A stretch of DNA of 40,686 bases from a virus (Duplodnaviria > Caudoviricetes): positions 1 through 40,686 of the IMG/VR virus record IMGVR_UViG_3300020045_003163. One strand, written 5' to 3'. The notes under the pieces were generated by a model that did not search any database, had not been told where the DNA came from, and saw only the letters and a list, made by a program, of their open reading frames with translations. A program made the position numbers and the translations under genes. Below, piece after piece: positions 34,005-40,686 of this stretch (position 1 is the first letter of the stretch; every line of letters starts with the position of its first letter).

Positions 34005-34688
34005 ATGCAACGCTACAGCGACACCGTGATGGACAAGGCCGGCAATGTCGTGCAGGGCGCTTCCGTCCTGGTGCGCTTGCTCGACGGATCAACGCCGGCG
34101 CTCTACCTGCTCAACGGCAATACCTTGATCGGAAACCCGATCATCACCGATGCGCTGGGCCGGTTCTCATTCTATGCGGCCGATGGGCGCTACTCGTTGG
34201 CTGTCAGCATTGGCGGTGCGCTGTACGCCACTCAAACCGACGTGCTGCTCGAAGACCCGGAAGATGAATCGTTCGCGCGCATCAATGGCGGATCGATTAA
34301 GAACGTCTCGATGTCTGGCGTCACGATTGATGATGCCGTTTCGCTGGAGATCAACGGCGGCACGATCACCAATGTGACGCTTCAGGATGTGATCTTCACG
34401 AACGTCATTCTCGATGCACTCGGTAAGGTTGTGGTCGACACGATCGAATCCGTCTCCGGCGCTCCGGTGGAATTTCCGGATGGCATCCAGGCGAACGGCG
34501 GGACGATCGTCGGCGCAACGCTGCAAGATCCGATTCTGGAAGGCGTCGCCATCTTCATGAATACCAGCAGCATTAACAGCAATCTCACGATCCCCGATGG
34601 TTACAACGGCGTCAGCGCCGGCCCCATCACCATTGCCGATGGCGTCACCGTCACCGTTTCACCGAATTCGAATTGGAGTATCGTATGA
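34005..34688 (+). CDS. Tail fibre/spike anchor or adaptor protein
   Basis: N-terminal 'NPIITDALGRFSFYAADGRY' virion-attachment-like domain, NGG[ST]I repeats, C-terminal 'TIPDGYNGVSAGPITIADGVTVTV..NSNWSIV'. Confidence 0.7.
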   Translation: MQRYSDTVMDKAGNVVQGASVLVRLLDGSTPALYLLNGNTLIGNPIITDALGRFSFYAADGRYSLAVSIGGALYATQTDVLLEDPEDESFARINGGSIKNVSMSGVTIDDAVSLEINGGTITNVTLQDVIFTNVILDALGKVVVDTIESVSGAPVEFPDGIQANGGTIVGATLQDPILEGVAIFMNTSSINSNLTIPDGYNGVSAGPITIADGVTVTVSPNSNWSIV

Positions 34689-36640
34689 GCAAGATTACTG
34701 TTGGGACTGTTGAAACTGCGTCAGGGGTTCCGGTTGAGTTTCCTGGGGGTGTAATGCTTCCACAAGGAGCTAGCATTGGCACGGAGGAATTAGCCGCAAA
34801 TGGTGGGTCAGCTATGGTGGGGCACATGCCAGATGGCGTCGGATCAATTCCACTATCAGTTTCTGATATCCTGCATAACGCACCTAGCGTATGGGACAAA
34901 ATGACAAGCGCAATGCGCCTTGATTCACTACTTGACTCGCCACTATTGGATCATGCGCCCGCATTTCAATCGGCTATTGATGATGCTATTGCGCGTGGCA
35001 TTCGTCGGATATTTATTCCTTTTGGTCGTCGCCAGCGGTATCGCCTGGGATCGAAAGTCAATATTGAGTCCAGCGGATTCGAGGTATTTGGCGACTGTCC
35101 TCCACGGTACAACCTGCAAGACGGCGGTTATGTGTTCGGTGATACGGGCGTGACGGCACTGTTTGACTACGGAAACGGGCGCGCAGACTTGGCGTCAAAT
35201 CAGCTTGTTTTTGAGGGTGTCGGCTTTTTGAGCTCCACCGGGTTTAGCCAAGTGGCGGTACTATGTTCGCAAGACAATAACGGCCCGCATCGGGGCGTCT
35301 TGTTTCGCAAGTGCTGCGCCAAAGGATTTGCCGATGTAGTGCTGTTTGACGGGCCGACCTCTGCCTATTTAGGCCCAGCTAGTGTCGTTTTCAATAGCAA
35401 CGTATTTCTTGGAAATAACAATGCAGTGCGGGCAGTAAACCGCGTGTTCGGATTGCGCTATGTGGGCAACCAGTCTGAGCAAGGAGCACGTATTACCGGC
35501 TATTTCGATTCAGGCGTGACGATCACTGATAACATGCTGGAGGGGCAATCGAACCCGATAAATATTGATGCAAGTTCGCCCACGGTTCATGTCGAAAACA
35601 ATTATTTTGAGGCAGTGAGTGGCGAGTATATTATTCGCGTCAAGGGAACAAATGCCAACGGTGTAGTGCATGTGCTACCGAATTACGTCAGTTCGGTCAC
35701 GGCAGCAGACTACTATCGTCTAGAAGGCATTTTGCGCGTAATGGAACAATCGGACATGACTATCCCGACGGATCGCAAGTCGGCGCTAACTCTACTGGGG
35801 CTCAGGACCGTGGCAGGGTCCAAGTTAAAAGGGCGATTTGCAGTTGGTGACGCAGATGCTACCATGGCCAGCGGATTTTGTGACCCGACGCATCTGATAA
35901 AAAACAATCCATTTGGATTGATTACAAAGCAAGACCTCGGTCCCGTGATACTTGATACTCCGCTTGGTAGGCATAAGACAGGCGCAAGCATCGTTGCGTT
36001 TCCCGCGACGTATTTCCGGGTCAATGGCTACAGTTATGCCATCGGTGATGTGGTAGTGGCTTGCGCACTAGTGCAAACAGAAGGCAGCGGCGCGCCGTAT
36101 CTTGGCTTGTTCAACCAGGCAAGCGCGTCCATTGGCATTGCACACGGCCAAGTATCAATGTTTCCTTATAGTAAGGGATGGCATCTGCTTTATGTGGTGG
36201 GTGTGGCGACAGTGGCCGGGACGCAACTTGCGTTTAGGTTCGGTTCTGATGGCACAAATTCCGGGGCCTCACAAGCACTCAACATTGCAGCTATCGGCGG
36301 CTACACCATCCCGGCGGCTAACTTTGAAGTCTTTAATTCCCAAAATCGTTACTCTGTTGAATTGTTCCAGCCTTTAGACATTTCAATTCAGCTCGAAACC
36401 TCCACCACCTACAACCCGCCAAGCTTGGCAGATGGCACTGGAACGACAACAAACGTCTACATACTACAAGCGGCGCTCGGAGATTACGCTGAAGCGACGT
36501 TTTCTGTTGATTTGCAGGGCATCACGGTAACGGCATGGGTCAGCGCTGCTGATACGATCAGCGTGCGATTCCAGAATGAAACCGGTGGCGTCGTCGATCT
36601 TGCCAGCGGGACACTACGGGCGAGAGTGAGAAAGGCATGA
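34685..36640 (+). CDS. Tailspike / depolymerase-like receptor-binding protein
   Basis: 'DHAPAFQSAIDDA...RIFIP.G...Y' pectate-lyase-like entry followed by Asn/Gly-rich beta-helix-like repeats. AT-richer DNA. Confidence 0.75.
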   Translation: MSKITVGTVETASGVPVEFPGGVMLPQGASIGTEELAANGGSAMVGHMPDGVGSIPLSVSDILHNAPSVWDKMTSAMRLDSLLDSPLLDHAPAFQSAIDDAIARGIRRIFIPFGRRQRYRLGSKVNIESSGFEVFGDCPPRYNLQDGGYVFGDTGVTALFDYGNGRADLASNQLVFEGVGFLSSTGFSQVAVLCSQDNNGPHRGVLFRKCCAKGFADVVLFDGPTSAYLGPASVVFNSNVFLGNNNAVRAVNRVFGLRYVGNQSEQGARITGYFDSGVTITDNMLEGQSNPINIDASSPTVHVENNYFEAVSGEYIIRVKGTNANGVVHVLPNYVSSVTAADYYRLEGILRVMEQSDMTIPTDRKSALTLLGLRTVAGSKLKGRFAVGDADATMASGFCDPTHLIKNNPFGLITKQDLGPVILDTPLGRHKTGASIVAFPATYFRVNGYSYAIGDVVVACALVQTEGSGAPYLGLFNQASASIGIAHGQVSMFPYSKGWHLLYVVGVATVAGTQLAFRFGSDGTNSGASQALNIAAIGGYTIPAANFEVFNSQNRYSVELFQPLDISIQLETSTTYNPPSLADGTGTTTNVYILQAALGDYAEATFSVDLQGITVTAWVSAADTISVRFQNETGGVVDLASGTLRARVRKA

Positions 36641-36705
36641 ATAAAATAACAGACGACCTACTTTTATCTATTTATTATCATAATGAAGATTTAATAGAGG
36701 AATAA

Positions 36706-37398
36706 ATGCCAATCATCCTCGAATACTCCGGCACCCGCCGCACGCTGCAGATGGCCGCGATCTCGTCGCGCTGCAGCGACCTGCTGAACGATGCCGACTT
36801 GCTGCGCTGGCCAATGGTGGAGCGCATCCGCTGGGCCAATGAAGCCATGGGCGCGATCATGATGCGCCGCCCGGCAGCCTTTGCGGTGCGCGAAGTCATG
36901 GTGCTGCGCGAAGGGTCGTATCAAGCCATCCCGCTGAACGGATCGCAGTTCATCGACCTGGTGCGCAACATCGGATCAGATGGCGTGACACCGGGCCGGG
37001 CGATCCGGCGCAGTGACCGGCAGCAGCTCGACGATGCTGATCCTGATTGGCACACCGGCGCGCAGAAGGCGCAAGTGCGCCAGTACCTGTTCGACGATCG
37101 CGTGCCGACGGTGTTCTACGTCTACCCGCCGGTGATCTCGGGCACCAAGGTCGAGGTGCTGCACGCGGCGCTACCCGATCCGGTGCTGGAAGACAACGAG
37201 AGCGGCGAGTTCGCCATTGGCCTCGAATATCTCGAAGCTGTCGTCAATTACGTCTGCTACCGGGCGCGCTCGAAAGATGCCGAGGATGGCCAGTCCGGCG
37301 ATGCGGTGGCATTTTATGGCGCGTTCGAGGCCTCGCTTGGCGCGAAGAATGAATCGAGCAATGCAGCATCCCCCAACCAACCGGCCAATAGCGTATGA
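36706..37398 (+). CDS. Head-tail adaptor protein
   Basis: 'RW...E..RW.NEA...I...RP.A', 'LD...P.WH', 'FYVYPP', 'V.Y.CYRA.SKDAE'. Confidence 0.75.
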   Translation: MPIILEYSGTRRTLQMAAISSRCSDLLNDADLLRWPMVERIRWANEAMGAIMMRRPAAFAVREVMVLREGSYQAIPLNGSQFIDLVRNIGSDGVTPGRAIRRSDRQQLDDADPDWHTGAQKAQVRQYLFDDRVPTVFYVYPPVISGTKVEVLHAALPDPVLEDNESGEFAIGLEYLEAVVNYVCYRARSKDAEDGQSGDAVAFYGAFEASLGAKNESSNAASPNQPANSV

Positions 37399-38015
37399 GA
37401 GACATTGAACTGATTTACCCGCTGGTCATGCCGTTTGCGCCAGGCTGCGCCGATCCGACCGCCAACGCATGGATACGGCAGTCGGCGATCGACTTCTGTG
37501 AGCGCACGCGGTTATGGCGCTTCGACGATGCCATGGATGTCACGGCGAACGAGGCCGAAGGATTGATGACGCCGACCGGCTCTGTCGTGCATGAGATCGA
37601 GGAGGTCTTCTTCAACGATCAACTGCTGGAGCGCGTCACACCCGCATGGCTCGACCAGAAGCTGCCGGCATGGCGGGCAGGTTCCGTGCTGGGCCAATCG
37701 CGCTATGTGACCCAGACCGAGCCAAACACTATCCGGTTGGTCCCGAGCGAGGCCGGCGAAGTTCGAATCTACCTGTGGCTCAAGCCAGCGCAGGATGCCG
37801 TGGACCTGCCGGACTTCATGGTCGACAAGTACCGCGAGACGATCGCCCACGGTGCCCTGGCCCGTATCCTGATGATCCCGAACCAGTCGTTCACCAATCC
37901 GCAGATGGCGGCCTATTGGCAGCAGCGCTTCGAGGCCAAGCTCGATAGCCTGTCCACCCGTGGCTCGACCGGCGAACAGCGCGCCTCGATCCGCGTCAAA
38001 TCATCCTTCTACTAG
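37395..38015 (+). CDS. Second adaptor/tail tubular protein
   Basis: 'PFAPGC.DP.....IRQSAIDFCERT.LW', 'IAHGAL.RIL.IP.Q.FTNP..A'. Confidence 0.75.
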   Translation: MRDIELIYPLVMPFAPGCADPTANAWIRQSAIDFCERTRLWRFDDAMDVTANEAEGLMTPTGSVVHEIEEVFFNDQLLERVTPAWLDQKLPAWRAGSVLGQSRYVTQTEPNTIRLVPSEAGEVRIYLWLKPAQDAVDLPDFMVDKYRETIAHGALARILMIPNQSFTNPQMAAYWQQRFEAKLDSLSTRGSTGEQRASIRVKSSFY

Positions 38016-38024
38016 GGAGGCGCG

Positions 38025-38441
38025 ATGTCAGCATCGAGCTACACGCAAGCAAACATCATGGCGGCGCTGTTCGATGGCGTCGCCTTTCCGATCCCGTCCC
38101 ATACCTGGCTCGCGCTGCACACGGCAGACTCATCCGCGACGGGCGAAAATCAAGTCTCGACCACGACATGGCCAGCCTATGCCCGCGTGCAAGCCGAGCA
38201 AGGCGGCGCGATGGGCACCGGATGGACCGCAGGCGAAACCGGTGTGCGCACCAATGCCCGCCAGATCCCATTTGCAGCCTATAACGGCTCATCCGATCTG
38301 ACGTTGACGCACTGGTCGATCTGGGACGCGCAAACCGGCGGCAATATGCTGACCGATGGCCCGCTGACCATCACCCGTATCCTGCAAGCCGGCGACCTGT
38401 TCGAGTTCGACATTGGCAGCCTGGCGCTGCAGCAAAGCTGA
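38025..38441 (+). CDS. Tail-associated protein
   Basis: 'WLALHTAD', 'YARV', 'THWSIWDAQTGGNML'. Confidence 0.75.
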   Translation: MSASSYTQANIMAALFDGVAFPIPSHTWLALHTADSSATGENQVSTTTWPAYARVQAEQGGAMGTGWTAGETGVRTNARQIPFAAYNGSSDLTLTHWSIWDAQTGGNMLTDGPLTITRILQAGDLFEFDIGSLALQQS

Positions 38442-38800
38442 TGCTCGCGCTCAACGTCGCGCCGGTCAACGGCCATGCAACCCGGTTCGGGTCCGGCCTG
38501 TGCTCGCTGGCAATGGCGGGATTTGGCACGCTGGCGCGACTGCGCAAAGGTGCAGGGCAGGGTGCGATGGCGCTACAGGGAACGGGGCAGGGCCGCGTCA
38601 CAACCTACGTCCAGCAAGGCCAAACGGTGCAAGGCGCTGGTTCCTGCAGTTTGGTGCTGTATGCTACCAATCACATGCCGGCATCACGGCCGATCGCGTC
38701 GCGCTTCGTGCGCAATGTGAAAGACCGCCACATGCTCATCTCGCCGGATCGATCGCGGCTTACCATCGAAGCACAACACCGGCGCTTCATCATCGCCTGA
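38441..38800 (+). CDS. Hypothetical tail protein
   Basis: Start overlaps the upstream stop (TGATG). Gly/Ala-rich. Confidence 0.55.
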   Translation: MLALNVAPVNGHATRFGSGLCSLAMAGFGTLARLRKGAGQGAMALQGTGQGRVTTYVQQGQTVQGAGSCSLVLYATNHMPASRPIASRFVRNVKDRHMLISPDRSRLTIEAQHRRFIIA

Positions 38801-38809
38801 AAGGTTCCC

Positions 38810-39085
38810 ATGCTCGGCATTGTGCAAAAGCGCCCCGGCGATCGACTCGATTACGACATCGACTTCTCGCGCTGGCTGTCGCCCAACGACCGCATCACCA
38901 GCGCCGCCGCAGTCTCAAGTGCGCCTGATGTCATGCCGGTCGATGCAATCCAGTTCACCGGCCAGGCCATGAAGGTGTGGATCTCGGGCGGCGCGCTGCA
39001 AACGTCTTACGACGTGACCGTCACCGCACACACGCTCGACGGCCGGATCAAGCAGGAAGCCTTCGAAGTTCGCATCAGAAACTGA
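38810..39085 (+). CDS. Fibre-tail adaptor protein
   Basis: 'KRPGDRLDYDIDFS.WL', 'KVWISGG', 'T.DGRIKQ'. Confidence 0.75.
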   Translation: MLGIVQKRPGDRLDYDIDFSRWLSPNDRITSAAAVSSAPDVMPVDAIQFTGQAMKVWISGGALQTSYDVTVTAHTLDGRIKQEAFEVRIRN

Positions 39086-39104
39086 TTTCATTCACGGAAA
39101 AACC

Positions 39105-39983
39105 ATGACCATCAAATTTACCAACAACGCCGTGTCGCGCCTCTCGGCTGGAATTTCAGCTTCGGCCACGACCATCAACCTGATCACCGGCGAGGGCTCG
39201 CGCTTTCCATCGCTGACGACCGGCGACTGGTTCCCGCTGACGGTCTTCAAGTCGACGGGCGAGATTGAGATCTTGCGCTGCACTGCGCGCGCCACCGACT
39301 CGCTGACAGTGACGCGCAGCCAGGAGAACACCACCGGCATCGCGTTTCTGGCGGGCGACCGGGTTGAGCTGCGCCTGACTGCCGCCGCCATCGATGCGCT
39401 GCGGCCGGACTGGTCCTCGCTGGCCGGCAAGCCGACCTTCGCAGCGGTTGCGACAACGGGCTCATATTCCAGCCTGTCCGACGTGCCGACCTTCGATGAT
39501 GTCGCATTCACGGGCGCTTACGGTTCGCTGTCGGGCGTGCCGACTCTCGGATCAATGGCGGCCAAGAGCGCAGTCGCATTCGCCGACATCACCCCGATCG
39601 CTACCTCGGCGAACTATCAGGCCAACACGACGAGCGTCTTGCTGACGCCAAACGTGGTATGGGCAGCCGCCGTTCCGGTCGTGCTGACCTATGCGGCGGC
39701 GCTGACGCTCGACTTCGCCACCTTCCTCAATGCGAAAGTGACGCTGACCGGCAATGTGGTGCTCAACACCGCCAACGTGAAACCCGGCCAGTCTGGAACG
39801 ATCGAGTTCCTGCAAGATGGCACCGGCTCGCGCACATGGGGATTCACCACCGCCAAGTTCGCCTATACGGGCTCGGCCCCGGTCCTGCCCACCACCGCCA
39901 ACGCGCGCATGCTGGTGCCCTACTATGCGATGAGCGATTCCAGGATCTTCCTGAACATGTCTGCCGCGATGGTGCTGCCGTGA
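39105..39983 (+). CDS. Tail fibre protein
   Basis: 'KFTNNA.S.L...ISAS.T.I', 'LTVTRSQE.T....F.AGDRVELRLTA', 'AVATTGSYSSLSDVP' repeats, 'QDGTGSRT'. Confidence 0.8.
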   Translation: MTIKFTNNAVSRLSAGISASATTINLITGEGSRFPSLTTGDWFPLTVFKSTGEIEILRCTARATDSLTVTRSQENTTGIAFLAGDRVELRLTAAAIDALRPDWSSLAGKPTFAAVATTGSYSSLSDVPTFDDVAFTGAYGSLSGVPTLGSMAAKSAVAFADITPIATSANYQANTTSVLLTPNVVWAAAVPVVLTYAAALTLDFATFLNAKVTLTGNVVLNTANVKPGQSGTIEFLQDGTGSRTWGFTTAKFAYTGSAPVLPTTANARMLVPYYAMSDSRIFLNMSAAMVLP

Positions 39984-40474
39984 TGCCCGGCATCATGATG
40001 TCTCTGTTGCATGGCAAATCCATCGCCGCCGGATCACTGACGCGCACCACCACCGGAACGTTTGTGGTTCCGGCCTACTCGACTTTGACGGTGGAATGCC
40101 GTGGCAAGCAAGGTCCGGGCGCTGGAAGTTTTACGGGCGGGCTAGGCGGTCGATCGTTCAAGACCTACACGGCAGGCGCTGCCGGCTCTCCGGCTGTCGG
40201 GGCATCGATCACGATCACGATCAACGCCACCGGCAGCGACAACAACACCGGGCTGGCATGGTTCGCCTTCGGCTCGACGCAACCCAGCGCATCGGGTGGT
40301 GGCGGCGCGACCGACACAATTCCCGGCTACGAGTACACGATGTCGGGCGACATGTACTGGCAACCAGAACAGCCTGGCAGCAACGGCGCGCCCGGCAATG
40401 GTTACAACGGCACGGTCAACCAGGTCGGTGTTTGTCCCGATACTGGCAATTCTTGCATCCTGAACTGGTCCTGA
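39983..40474 (+). CDS. Gly-rich tail fibre tip / receptor-binding protein
   Basis: Coupled to the fibre gene (TGATG). Gly-rich 'TGTFVVPAY..LTVECRG..G.G'. Confidence 0.65.
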   Translation: MPGIMMSLLHGKSIAAGSLTRTTTGTFVVPAYSTLTVECRGKQGPGAGSFTGGLGGRSFKTYTAGAAGSPAVGASITITINATGSDNNTGLAWFAFGSTQPSASGGGGATDTIPGYEYTMSGDMYWQPEQPGSNGAPGNGYNGTVNQVGVCPDTGNSCILNWS

Positions 40475-40487
40475 TCGGAATGAACCC

Positions 40488-40686
40488 ATGACCGCATTGA
40501 AGCTGATCCAGTTTTCCGGCGAGATCCCGCGCCTTCTGCCCCGATTGTTACCCGACACCGGCGCGCAGCGGGCCGAGAACGTGCGGCTCGACAATGGCGG
40601 GCTGGCCCCGATCCGCAAATCCAAGCTGGTGCACACCATCACCGACATTGCCGAGGGCGATGTGAAGACCATCCACCTGAACGGCG
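40488..40686 (+). CDS. Tail nozzle/stabilisation protein, 3'-truncated by the window
   Basis: MTALKLIQFSGEIPRLLPRLLPDTGAQRAENVRLDNGGLAP..., open to the window end. Confidence 0.65.
   Translation, partial: MTALKLIQFSGEIPRLLPRLLPDTGAQRAENVRLDNGGLAPIRKSKLVHTITDIAEGDVKTIHLNG

Larger units (their letters stand above)
1..40686. mobile_element. Temperate phage genome segment (podovirus-like, dusA-integrating), excised/permuted form
   Basis: Complete phage module set (lysis, integrase, repressor/cro, replication, terminase, portal, capsid, tail). No host genes. attP is internal. Confidence 0.95.

Noticed and set aside
31915-34092. Long antisense ORFs (also 649-2199, 25838-27070, 27909-28958)
   Set aside because: Shadow frames of GC-rich real genes, with no motifs.
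38025-40686. Diversity-generating retroelement, considered because some temperate podoviruses of Betaproteobacteria carry one
   Set aside because: No reverse transcriptase ORF and no TR/VR repeat pair seen in the window. The unseen part of the genome cannot be excluded.
1-40686. CRISPR array, IS element, rRNA, or recognisable anti-phage defence operon
   Set aside because: No regularly spaced repeats, transposase, rRNA-like sequence or known defence-domain motif recognised.

Overview
The whole window is one temperate podovirus-like phage genome segment with an N4-gp56-type capsid. Its likely host is a Betaproteobacterium, possibly Oxalobacteraceae. It is seen in the excised or circularly permuted state: an intact attP carrying a replacement 5' end of dusA sits beside a DusA-associated tyrosine integrase. 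Gene order: end of a large LPD38-type virion protein, lysis cassette, a ~600-nt structured non-coding region, int/attP/xis, leftward early operon (ERF annealase, YqaJ exonuclease), repressor/cro switch, rightward early operon (SSB, HNH, NinG, replication initiator, DnaC), an accessory unit with a hammerhead ribozyme, a C4-antisense-controlled Rha antirepressor, terminases, portal, scaffold, CsrA-like gene, capsid, an AT-richer tailspike cassette and tail genes (truncated at the right edge). The most unusual layer is regulatory and RNA-based. (i) A 17-bp GGT-N11-ACC box recurs at the early promoters and in front of each late module, and no Q antiterminator is recognisable. (ii) A second palindrome, ATGC-N5-GCAT, links a small RHH-like gene, the genetic switch, the ncRNA region and the hammerhead operon; the last two share the same TGGCATAAT extended -10. 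All product calls come from motif recognition by eye; no database searches or folding programs were run.
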